NCBI GenBank assembly: GCA_041736175.1
Contig: JBGSUI010000218.1
Coordinates: 1 to 64,000 of the forward strand
Direction: 5' to 3'
DNA from: Oligoflexales bacterium
GTDB taxonomy: Bacteria > Bdellovibrionota_B > Oligoflexia > Oligoflexales > CAIYRB01
DNA length: 64,000 nucleotides
Below the pieces are notes generated by a model. It was not told the DNA's origin. It searched no databases and saw only the letters and a program-made list of their open reading frames with translations. Below are positions 1-8,364 of the stretch, piece by piece (position 1 is the first letter of the stretch; each line of letters begins with the position of its first letter). The translations under genes and the position numbers were made by a program.

Positions 1-54
1 GACCGTGACCCACTTTACCTCAGGTGAAAGCGGTTTACCTTTAGACGAATGCAT
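1..54 (-). CDS. N-terminus of an ORF running off the window (MHSSKGKPLSPEVKWVTV...), possibly a transposase
   Basis: ATG at 54-52 with GAGG upstream and an open frame to the window edge. Only 18 codons are visible. Confidence 0.4.
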   Translation of the reverse strand, partial: MHSSKGKPLSPEVKWVTV

Positions 55-137
55 GGTGGTCAATCCTCGTTTTTTGGCAAAACGATCATTATACCACGGA
101 AAAAATTAAAATCTATCTTTTCATGTGCGTAGATCTA
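1..137 (-). mobile_element. Putative left end of an IS630/Tc1-like insertion sequence (element continues off the left edge)
   Basis: Minus strand reads TA|TAGATCTACGCACATG from the TA at 138-139, the TA-target + TAG pattern of IS630-type ends. The CLec ORF frame is closed by a stop at 130-132, just inside this junction. Inside are an extended -10 (TGGTATAAT), a GAGG RBS and an ATG at 54. The other end is not visible. Confidence 0.4.
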
Positions 138-138
138 T

Positions 139-516
139 AACTCTAACGTGATCTGGGACCTGGCAGGCAACGTCGCGGAGTGGGTGGACTACTTCAACTA
201 CGAGGAAAAACCCACCCCTACGGTGGCAACCTGGTACGAATACAATTCAGTGATAGGCTCCACTGCGATGCCCAAGACTAACCTCGTGCCAACCAATACC
301 CTGAAGAGCTGGTGGACCAACACCTGGAATGGAGCCACCAACGGGATTGGCCAATATTACGGGGGGACAAATAGTTTCGGTGGCGCCCTCCTTCGTGGAG
401 GAGACTATATTTACGGTACAGGTGCTGGCGTCTTCGCGGCGAATCTGGACCCCCCTCCCTCGATGATTGGCAACGGCATCGGCTTCCGCTGCGTCTTCCG
501 TCCCTCGGCTCCCTAG
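139..516 (+). pseudogene. 3' fragment of an FGE-sulfatase/C-type-lectin-fold protein gene, DGR-target-like
   Basis: Motifs NVIWDLAGNVAEW, RGG-x-GAGVFAANL and IGFRCV. In-frame stop at 130-132, with no RBS or N-terminal part. Confidence 0.7.
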
Positions 517-526
517 GCCTTGACCC

Positions 527-548
527 CACGGTTGGCCAACTGATCGTG
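527..548 (+). other. Stem-loop 10 nt after the CLec stop codon (candidate DGR homing hairpin or terminator)
   Basis: CACGGTTGG-CCAA-CTGATCGTG, a 9-bp stem with 3 G:T pairs. It also contains the palindrome GTTGGCCAAC. Confidence 0.45.
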
Positions 549-594
549 ATCTAAAAATTTGGACTCACCTTTGGGTCCACCTTTTTCCAACTGA

Positions 595-699
595 TTCGTC
601 CCGGGACGAAGCGCACCTCTCATAGATCTCTCCTGCTCCGAGGTCCACCGACTTCCTTCGACTTCTGTCCAAGTGCGGCGTTCTTCGTCCCGGGACCAA
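595..699. repeat. Two copies of a 16-bp palindrome
   Basis: TTCGTCCCGGGACGAA at 595-610 (perfect) and TTCGTCCCGGGACCAA at 684-699 (1 mismatch). Confidence 0.8.
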
Positions 700-754
700 A
701 CCTCGCGGCGAACTTATGACCGACCCTAGAGTCGAAGCCGGTAACGTACTCCAG

Positions 755-961
755 TTATCCATATTTCTTAATGTTCTCTTTGACGATCATTCTGATAAGA
801 GTTTGGTATCCGATAGCCTTTTTTGCGGCGGCGTTTTTCAATTCCACAATTAATTCATCTGGCAAGGTGATGGAGATTTTGCTTCCAACTGAGGGGCGAC
901 CTTTGCGACCGAAAATGATGTCTCCATTTTCGATATTTTCGGATAGATCTGGCTGGACCAA
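755..961 (-). CDS. CopG/BrnA-like ribbon-helix-helix antitoxin-type protein
   Basis: GRP...KISITLP..L..ELK..A....IGYQTLIR motif of BrnA/CopG antitoxins. AGGAG RBS before a TTG start. Confidence 0.75.
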   Translation of the reverse strand: MVQPDLSENIENGDIIFGRKGRPSVGSKISITLPDELIVELKNAAAKKAIGYQTLIRMIVKENIKKYG

Positions 962-969
962 AGACGCTC

Positions 970-2310
970 CTACGTAATCATAGTTTCGTTTTGCTCAGCA
1001 ATTGCTCTAAACCCAGCAGATATACGCTGGTCCCCTGCCACCCGACGCCAAAAGGTCCTCGCAGCTTGACAGACATCCCCATAGGCCTTTCCAAGCCGCG
1101 GCTCGGGGGGTGGTGGATCGAATTGCCGCTCGACAAGCTGGCTCGCCACCGGAGCGTAGAGCATCGGTGAGACATCATAAGCTGGAGCTAGGGATAGGAT
1201 GCGGGCACCGCGGGCAAAAAAGGAGAGATTACCAAAATGTCGGTCCGTGTTAGCGATAAGCTGGCTAAAGGTCTCTAACCACAGTGTCGGTTGGACCGCC
1301 GATTTGGGCACGATCCCCAGATTTGCTAACGCCATAACAGAAGCACTCCAGCTCCCGAGACCACCTACGTATTGGTTATCTAGACAAAGAAGCGAAAGCA
1401 AACCACGCCGCCCTCCCGACAATGTTCGATCAAAACGCTCGACCTCCAAAAACACGCGGTTTCCAGCCATGATTACTTCGGACCGAGCAGCGTCTTGTCC
1501 AAACTCCCGCAGAGTTTCTAGAGCTAGGTGTTCGGCCACAAGCAGGTCTCCGATCCGTTGTGTCAAGGCATCCACTATAGGAGGTGAAAATTTAACGAGG
1601 ACCGCCTGGCGCTCGGGCATCACTGTGGCTAAAAACTTAGGCTGTTCCCCAGCAGCCGAAGATCCTGGAACGCCCAACTTCAGCACTTCCCCGGCTCGTC
1701 GGGGGTATTCTGTGCTCCGTTCCATTCGGTTTACTGCGTCTTGTGGGGATTTTGTACCTTCCGTCAGGTGTTCTTGAAGGGCTTGTTCGCCCACGATGAT
1801 ACTACCTACGGGGTTCCAGCCTCGTCGTACAAGGTAACGTAACGTGGTGTCGCCGCTCCAGACTCGTATGTCTTCAGGAAGGTCAAGATCCTGATGCAAT
1901 CGGGGGATCAGCCGGCCCAAAAACCCACTTGGATAGAGATCAGAAAGATAGTGGGGCAAATCTGCCACATACCCCCCCTCAATATCTGGGGATTCGGTGG
2001 ATACAAAATACCCTGCAGGGCGAACCAAATGCAAACGTCCCAGAGTCCTGGAACCTCCATCCTCTAAGACCTCAAAAAGGGGGACCTCCCGCGGCAGGTC
2101 TGCCCCCATCCTTGGAGCGACATAGGTCGTCGCCCGTCCTTGTCCTAGGGTGATGACTCTGTCCTGAAGCTCTATGATCAGGCGCGCCATCGTAGCGTGG
2201 GAGATCTCCAGGGACTCCCGGAGATTTCTGGCAGATTGCGGTCCCTCTCGACCGAGTCGCGCTACCATAGCTTCGATAATCTGGGACCTATCAAGGGATC
2301 GACGTGCCAT
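970..2310 (-). CDS. yjjJ: HipA-family kinase toxin, YjjJ type (N-terminal HTH)
   Basis: N-terminal HTH, GSSAAGEQPK P-loop, NTDRHFGN catalytic loop, LAPAYD; 446 aa. Confidence 0.88.
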   Translation of the reverse strand: MARRSLDRSQIIEAMVARLGREGPQSARNLRESLEISHATMARLIIELQDRVITLGQGRATTYVAPRMGADLPREVPLFEVLEDGGSRTLGRLHLVRPAGYFVSTESPDIEGGYVADLPHYLSDLYPSGFLGRLIPRLHQDLDLPEDIRVWSGDTTLRYLVRRGWNPVGSIIVGEQALQEHLTEGTKSPQDAVNRMERSTEYPRRAGEVLKLGVPGSSAAGEQPKFLATVMPERQAVLVKFSPPIVDALTQRIGDLLVAEHLALETLREFGQDAARSEVIMAGNRVFLEVERFDRTLSGGRRGLLSLLCLDNQYVGGLGSWSASVMALANLGIVPKSAVQPTLWLETFSQLIANTDRHFGNLSFFARGARILSLAPAYDVSPMLYAPVASQLVERQFDPPPPEPRLGKAYGDVCQAARTFWRRVAGDQRISAGFRAIAEQNETMIT

Positions 2311-2373
2311 GAGAAAGAGATCTCCATTGATCGACGCTGGGTTTTACCGCTTCGTGCCCCCAAAAAAGGGGCG

Positions 2374-2475
2374 TTATAGAGACGATTATAGAGACGATTC
2401 CAGATTTATGATACCACTTGTTATATTAGCGACTTCTGACTGAAAGTCTGCCCCTTTAGAGACGATTAGAGAGGT
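2374..2475. repeat. Direct repeats upstream of yjjJ (putative operator)
   Basis: TTATAGAGACGA twice in tandem (2374-2397), then TTAGAGACGA-TTAGAGAG at 2456-2473. Confidence 0.7.
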
Positions 2476-2496
2476 TTGATTGAGCGGACCAATAGC

Positions 2497-3534
2497 CTAG
2501 AGACTCGGCAAGACGATATTGTGATCAACCCCTAACAACATAGTGATCAGACCCACGCGGGTCCACATCCCATTGCGCTCCTGGCGCCAATACCTGGCCC
2601 GCGGGTCTTGGTCAATCGCTGGATCCAGTTCGTCTCTCCTGGGCAGTGGGTGCATGATGACACAGTCTTTTTTAAGTCGGGTCAAATGCTCATACTTAAG
2701 TTTGAATCCCGAAGTATCGACGCTTTTTGATTCGCCCTTTTGGTCATACTCGTCTTGGACCCTTGTCATATAGATCGCGTCCGCCTCGGGCATCACTTCG
2801 GCAAATCCCTCGGTCTCATAAAAGGAAATTTGTTTGGATTTGAGATGAGACCGCAGATCATCTTCTATCTTGAATTCTTTTGGAGAGACAAAGACCAGAT
2901 TGGTGCCTTTATAATTGGTGAGTAGCCTTGCCAGCGAACGGACGGTGCGCCCCCGTTTCAGATCGCCCACGAGGCAGATTGTCTTGCCTTCGGGTCCTGC
3001 TGCCGATTTAAAACTGCGCTGCAAGGTATAAATATCAAGGAGAGCCTGGGTGGGATGTTCGTCGGGCCCGCTCCCCGCATTGATAATCGGGACCGTGCGG
3101 GTGGTTTGGTCCAGAAGAGAGGCGATACGGTCTGACAGCCCAGACACCGGCGAACGCATCACAATCAGATCCACATAGCTGGCGAAAGTCCGCAGGGAAT
3201 CCTCAATAGATTCTCCCTTACGCTCCGAGCTGGTGGAGCTGTCGCGAATCTCTGAAGGTTTGATCCCCAGGATATGACAAGCCGCCTGAAAAGACATAAA
3301 GGTACGAGTCGAGGGCTGGGTAAAATAGAGCATGGCTCGACGGTGGGGCAACAAACTTTGGAGATAAAGCAAACCTTCTTTAGTCTTGTCAAACATCCGG
3401 ATGGTGTTTACCAGGACATATAGATAATCCAAAAAGGGACGGTCAAACTGGCTCGCGCTTAGAATATGCCGAGGCCTATAGATTTTAAAAGTCTCATCTG
3501 AGAAATCATCGAGGGCTTTTGATTCAAGATTCAT
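2497..3534 (-). CDS. pyrB: Aspartate carbamoyltransferase catalytic subunit
   Basis: PSTRT, KGES, HPTQ, GDLKRGRT and HPLPR motifs. Confidence 0.95.
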   Translation of the reverse strand: MNLESKALDDFSDETFKIYRPRHILSASQFDRPFLDYLYVLVNTIRMFDKTKEGLLYLQSLLPHRRAMLYFTQPSTRTFMSFQAACHILGIKPSEIRDSSTSSERKGESIEDSLRTFASYVDLIVMRSPVSGLSDRIASLLDQTTRTVPIINAGSGPDEHPTQALLDIYTLQRSFKSAAGPEGKTICLVGDLKRGRTVRSLARLLTNYKGTNLVFVSPKEFKIEDDLRSHLKSKQISFYETEGFAEVMPEADAIYMTRVQDEYDQKGESKSVDTSGFKLKYEHLTRLKKDCVIMHPLPRRDELDPAIDQDPRARYWRQERNGMWTRVGLITMLLGVDHNIVLPSL

Positions 3535-4564
3535 AGATCACCTCCGCTGGTAGGTTTTCACGGGATTTAGGAAAACAAATATCTCCAAGAGCCCGGACCG
3601 TGAGCCCTAAGTCGAGGCTAGCTTTTTCGAATCGGGCCCCACTGTCCTTTTGGATCACAGCAATCATCCCGCACCCCACATTAAAGACGGCCTCCATCTC
3701 ACGGGCGGTGACTCCGCAGGCTTGAAAGACTTTAGCCATCATGGGGGGGACGGGGATCTTGTTGAAATCAACCCTGGCAATCGAGCCCTCCGGCAAAACT
3801 CTGGGCAGATTGCCGCTGATGCCGCCCCCAGTGATATGGGCCAGCCCATGGACTAGGTCGACACCGAGCTGGTTAAGCAACGGGGGGATTTGGTGGTAGA
3901 TGGTGGTCGGAGCCATCAAAAAATCAAGCCATTCAGGCTGGTCTATGGGCAATGAGTGATCAACGATCCACTTGCGGATCAGAGAGTAGCCATTGCTATG
4001 AAAACCCGAAGAGGGAAGCCCATAGAGGAGGTCGCCTTCTTGGACCCGGTGGCTGCCTAAGGTTTTAGTCCCATCGACCATGCCCACCACAAAACCCGCG
4101 AGATCAAACTCCTTAGCAGGGTAGAGTCCCGGCATTTCGGCGGTCTCACCTCCTAGCAGAGCCATCGACGCCTGGCGGCAGGCCCCTTGGATTCCCGACA
4201 AAACCTGCTTAAACTGACCATCCTCAAGCTTGGAGGTCGCATAGTAATCCAAAAAAAACAGGGGCGTCGCCCCGGTGCAATAAAGGTCGTTGACGCACAT
4301 GGCCACCAGATCCTGGCCTAGACCTGAGAGCCTACCCGTCTGGCTGCCAAGCATTACTTTAGTGCCTACACCGTCGGTGCTTGCAACCAGGAGCGGGTCC
4401 TGCAATCCCCTGAGATCAGGCCGAAACAAGGCCGCAAAACCACCGACTCCCGATATCACACGCGGGTCCCTCGGTCCGCTCGATTCTTGTAACCAGTCGA
4501 CTAATGTATCGCCCTTCGATACATCGACGCCGGCCTTTTTGTACAGATCTAGGTGCTGTGACAT
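3524..4564 (-). CDS. purM: Phosphoribosylformylglycinamidine cyclo-ligase (AIR synthetase)
   Basis: YKKAGVD, TDGVGTK, GGETAEMPG, SSGFHSNGYSL and HITGGG motifs. Confidence 0.97.
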   Translation of the reverse strand: MSQHLDLYKKAGVDVSKGDTLVDWLQESSGPRDPRVISGVGGFAALFRPDLRGLQDPLLVASTDGVGTKVMLGSQTGRLSGLGQDLVAMCVNDLYCTGATPLFFLDYYATSKLEDGQFKQVLSGIQGACRQASMALLGGETAEMPGLYPAKEFDLAGFVVGMVDGTKTLGSHRVQEGDLLYGLPSSGFHSNGYSLIRKWIVDHSLPIDQPEWLDFLMAPTTIYHQIPPLLNQLGVDLVHGLAHITGGGISGNLPRVLPEGSIARVDFNKIPVPPMMAKVFQACGVTAREMEAVFNVGCGMIAVIQKDSGARFEKASLDLGLTVRALGDICFPKSRENLPAEVIYES

Positions 4565-4759
4565 CAGGTGGGCCCTTCCTTAAAATGTTCCTTGGTCTGG
4601 TGGGGACACAAAGCAGACTCGGCCACTACATAACCTTTAAAACACAACAATCGCAAATCTTTTATGACACTAAATCGAGTGGTTATCAGAAATTCGAAAT
4701 AATTTTTCACCACATTCCGATAGGACTTGTGTCTGATCCATTCAAGGAGGGGAAGCCAA

Positions 4760-6895
4760 ATGAAAGATTTTCAAAAGATTCTGGTCCTAACTGTAGGTTT
4801 GTCGATCGTGAATTGTGCTCCCGCGAGCTTTAAAGTCGCAGGCCAAAAGCTTGATCCGGCAGCCACCTCTGGGGCCATCGTGGCAAACCCGGGCTCTAAC
4901 GATGCATCAGCACAGGCTGGGCCCGGAGTCACCGTAAAAGCCAACGGTAGCGAATCTGATCTCCAGACACAAGTAGACTCCGAAATTTCAGTAGATTGGA
5001 TGTCGCGAGGAGCGACTGACTGTGTCTTAAGCCAGGACGACCAGGCGGTGGCCACAGGAACCTCAGGTACGTTTAAATCCAAAGCTCCCTCGACTCCTGC
5101 AACGATACGATTTTCGAGCCTATGCCAGACCCCAAGCGGCCCAGTTGCCGACGACATCAACGTGGTGGTCGTCCCCATGACTAATCCTTCACCCACCCCT
5201 ACCGTCGAAAAGAGTAAATCATCTGAAGGTCAAGATCCCAATGGGTCCATTACAGCCGAACTCAAAGTAAACGGTGAAACCTCTAATATCGAAATCCCCC
5301 ACTCATCAACCGTCCAGGTGGCATGGTCTTCCGAAGGAGCTAGCGATTGCCAGGTCGAGCCAGGATCTAAATCCGGGCTTTCGGGGATTTACAACCTAGA
5401 GCGTCTCACGGCCAACGTCGTCGTTACCCTGACCTGCAAAAACAACGCAGACACCGTGGTGATTTCAAGGAACGTCATGGTGACGCCTCCAGGCCCACCG
5501 GTGATCGATCTTAAAATCAATGGCAGCGATGGACCTCTCGTCGCCCCTTTGGGTAGCCCTTTAAAGATCACTTGGACAAGCCTTCAGTCCACCCAATGCA
5601 CCTTGACCATAAACGGTCAGATGGCGACCACTGGCCTCCAAGGAGACCTGGAACGGACCGCGGGCGATCAGCTCACCCAACACACCCTTAAGTGCGACGG
5701 ACCAGGGGGTACCGCGACCGATACCGTCGTCACTGCTCCCTCGGTCCTCTTGCCCCAGGTCACGATCACGGCCCAAGGCCAGCCAGATATGGTCGAAGTC
5801 GCCCCTGATGCTCCCGTAAAACTGGACTGGAATTCCACCAACGCCACACAATGCGCAGTGACACCTGGCCCCTACCAAGGGACCTCCGGGACTCAAATGG
5901 TCGGGCCTCTCACCCAAAAAACAACCTATACCGCCCTGTGCGAAGGCCCCTTTGGTTTAGCCAGCGCCACCGTGGTAGTTATCCCTAAGTCACCACAAAT
6001 GGAGATTGCGCTCACCATCAACGGATCACCCACGGGGGTTACCGTTCCTAAAAACTCGACGGTCAAAGTTTCGTGGACCTCGACGAACGCCAAGAGTTGT
6101 CAAATTCAGCCGTTTAATTTCACTGGACTCAGCGGTAAAGATATAGCATCAACTCCTATCGTCCAGTCTGTCAAAGTCCAACTCATCTGCGTGGACGCAA
6201 ATAACACTTCGAAAATGGTCGAAGTCCCCATCACCACCACGGACGATGCCAAAAGCATCCCCGCCATCGATCTAAAGGTCAACGGCAGCGATGGCCCTCT
6301 CTACGTGGAAACCAACGCTGTCCTACAGATTGTTTGGGTCACTAAAAATGTAACCGAATGCAAACTCAACCAAACCATGGACGTGGAGGCAAACGGCACA
6401 AAAAACCTTTCCGTCTCCACCGATTCCAAAATGACACTCACCTGTAAATACGGCACCCTAAGTATCTCTGACGAGGTTGAAATCATAATCCGGCCTAAAG
6501 GGGTCTCCGCCTGTAAAGTCGGCGTCAATATCAAAGACGGTGGTGGCTGGTCCAAGTCAACAAGCCAGTTTCACGGTGTTGCTCTGTGCTCTCCATCAGG
6601 AAATCTAAAGATCTTTGGACAAGAGGTTGTTTCCCAATCCGACCAAACACTCACTTTCAAAATGGCAAAAATGAGTACTTGCGAACATGATGTGACCATT
6701 TTGTTGAAAAACCCTAACAACTACTCTGGAGCCTTTAAAAGCAGCCAAACGAGCAACATAACCCTGCCGCTCAAAAAGGACCAAGTCATCGAAGTCCAAA
6801 TCACCAATACAAAGGGATGTATCGACCAAAAAACCCGCAGCAGTCTCGACAAAACTTGGACCCTGGTAACCGCCAATCAATGCCTTGTCAAATAA
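4760..6895 (+). CDS. Surface lipoprotein with six Cys-paired Ig/PKD-like repeats and a C-terminal Cys-containing domain
   Basis: AGGAGG RBS, ATG at 4760, lipobox-like SIVNC. Six repeats of about 85 aa: L-K-(V/I)-NG...W-x-S...C...G...L-x-C. Confidence 0.8.
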   Translation: MKDFQKILVLTVGLSIVNCAPASFKVAGQKLDPAATSGAIVANPGSNDASAQAGPGVTVKANGSESDLQTQVDSEISVDWMSRGATDCVLSQDDQAVATGTSGTFKSKAPSTPATIRFSSLCQTPSGPVADDINVVVVPMTNPSPTPTVEKSKSSEGQDPNGSITAELKVNGETSNIEIPHSSTVQVAWSSEGASDCQVEPGSKSGLSGIYNLERLTANVVVTLTCKNNADTVVISRNVMVTPPGPPVIDLKINGSDGPLVAPLGSPLKITWTSLQSTQCTLTINGQMATTGLQGDLERTAGDQLTQHTLKCDGPGGTATDTVVTAPSVLLPQVTITAQGQPDMVEVAPDAPVKLDWNSTNATQCAVTPGPYQGTSGTQMVGPLTQKTTYTALCEGPFGLASATVVVIPKSPQMEIALTINGSPTGVTVPKNSTVKVSWTSTNAKSCQIQPFNFTGLSGKDIASTPIVQSVKVQLICVDANNTSKMVEVPITTTDDAKSIPAIDLKVNGSDGPLYVETNAVLQIVWVTKNVTECKLNQTMDVEANGTKNLSVSTDSKMTLTCKYGTLSISDEVEIIIRPKGVSACKVGVNIKDGGGWSKSTSQFHGVALCSPSGNLKIFGQEVVSQSDQTLTFKMAKMSTCEHDVTILLKNPNNYSGAFKSSQTSNITLPLKKDQVIEVQITNTKGCIDQKTRSSLDKTWTLVTANQCLVK

Positions 6896-6907
6896 AATCC
6901 GCTCTGT

Positions 6908-8233
6908 TTAGCGCGTGATCTTAAACTCTACCCGACGATTGAGCTGGCGCCCTTGGTAGTTGCCATTATCGGCTACGGGCACTGATTCCCCATAGCCGAT
7001 GGAGGTGATCCTACTGGGATCCAGCTTGTGGACTTCCACTAGGTACCGTCGAATAGTCGCCGCTCTGTTTTCGCTGAGAGTTTTGTTGTATTCGTCACTT
7101 CCCATAGAATCCGTATGCCCCTCGATCGATAGTGACGTAAATCCGGGCGGTGAGACCAGATACTCCGCTAGCTTTTTAAGCTCAATCCGGGTTCCGGGCA
7201 GGACCTCTCGGTCAGAGTCAAAAGCAAACATGACATTTTCTAACACAATGGTTTCAACCTTAGGCGGAGGAGTCGATTTGACCTTGGCTTTTTTAACCGG
7301 GATGGAAGAAGCCTCTGAGCAAAACGGTCCAATAGCGACATTGACGCCGCCATAAACCCTAAGGTCAGGAGAGGCCACACCATCCTTAAGGCGGGTACCT
7401 GCCCCTAGGTGTAAAGCCACATTGTGGGTGACATCATGCTTGATCCCTAACAGACCTTCGAGGGAAGTCTGGCTGTCTGTCAGTTCTGCCTTGACCTTTT
7501 TTCGAGGAACCGATCCAAATAATTCTGAGATTATTTTGGTGTTGATTTGCGAAAGATGGTAGCTGGCAGCCGCCGAATAAATATACTGATCTTTAAAGGG
7601 CAAGATAGGAAAATCCGGAATCGGCTCCCCAGGGTTACGCCATCGGTAACCTAAGTTTGCCCCGAGAGCGATCTTCTTGATGGTGGTATCAAAAGCCATT
7701 TCAAGGGTTGCCGTGGGACCAGGGTCTGACCCCGCAAAGGGATTGTTTTGGAGTCGGTTGACGCTCACCGTCCCGATGACTGCCCCGCCACCACGGCGAT
7801 TGCCAAAAAGTCGATATTTTGTGTTTAGTCTGATCTCCGTATTTCCCTTTGCCCCAAACTCACCGCGGTAGCTCTCGCTTTCGACTTTTTGTGCCAGGAT
7901 TTGAGGGAGACTGATTCCCAGATCCCAATTTTTCATGAGTCCATATCCAAGATTAAGGTCCGCTCCGGTCACCTCGTCTTTGTGTTTTGTTTGACCTGCG
8001 GCATTTTTAAAAATCGGCAGGGTGTTTTTGCCGTGATTTACAAAAATCCCCAAATTAAGCACACAAGGGTCAAGAGTCTCTGATGACTGGACGGTCACAA
8101 AATCAAGGCCGTTGGTTGTAGCATTAAAATTTTGAGCATCCACCCCCACAACGTTTCCAAAGGATCGGGGGCTCAGTAGGAGAAAAGTTCCCCATAACAC
8201 AAAATAGATATTGGTTTTTACTTTTTTAGTCAA
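6908..8233 (-). CDS. OmpA-family outer-membrane protein (beta-barrel plus peptidoglycan-binding domain)
   Basis: Signal peptide, amphipathic strands, and C-terminal IEGHTDS...N..LS..RA...GYGE..P...NRRVE. Confidence 0.9.
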   Translation of the reverse strand: MTKKVKTNIYFVLWGTFLLLSPRSFGNVVGVDAQNFNATTNGLDFVTVQSSETLDPCVLNLGIFVNHGKNTLPIFKNAAGQTKHKDEVTGADLNLGYGLMKNWDLGISLPQILAQKVESESYRGEFGAKGNTEIRLNTKYRLFGNRRGGGAVIGTVSVNRLQNNPFAGSDPGPTATLEMAFDTTIKKIALGANLGYRWRNPGEPIPDFPILPFKDQYIYSAAASYHLSQINTKIISELFGSVPRKKVKAELTDSQTSLEGLLGIKHDVTHNVALHLGAGTRLKDGVASPDLRVYGGVNVAIGPFCSEASSIPVKKAKVKSTPPPKVETIVLENVMFAFDSDREVLPGTRIELKKLAEYLVSPPGFTSLSIEGHTDSMGSDEYNKTLSENRAATIRRYLVEVHKLDPSRITSIGYGESVPVADNGNYQGRQLNRRVEFKITR

Positions 8234-8312
8234 AAACAGGATCCCTTATAGCTTTAATGTCATTATAACATATTTTGAGTGGCCCCCCCAGTCACCTTTG
8301 GGCCCCGTGGAT

Positions 8313-8339
8313 TCAACCTATCCGAGAAATTACCGAAGA
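8313..8339 (+). promoter_or_regulatory. sigma28 (FliA)-like promoter
   Basis: TCAA-N15-ACCGAAGA upstream of an AGGAGG RBS. Confidence 0.55.
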
Positions 8340-8364
8340 CCCTAAAGACGACAGGAGGAACTCA

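Noticed and set aside
565..762. 65-aa minus-strand ORF downstream of the RHH gene
   Set aside because: No recognisable motif, and it spans the palindromic repeats. Treated as non-coding.
1199..1777. 192-aa ORF and other long ORFs antisense to identified genes
   Set aside because: They lie opposite well-supported genes and show no motifs or RBS.
6908..8233. OmpA barrel plus Cys-repeat lipoprotein as a TraAB-like kin-recognition pair
   Set aside because: The genes are convergent rather than operonic, with no TSP3 repeats, PA14-like domain or MYXO-CTERM.
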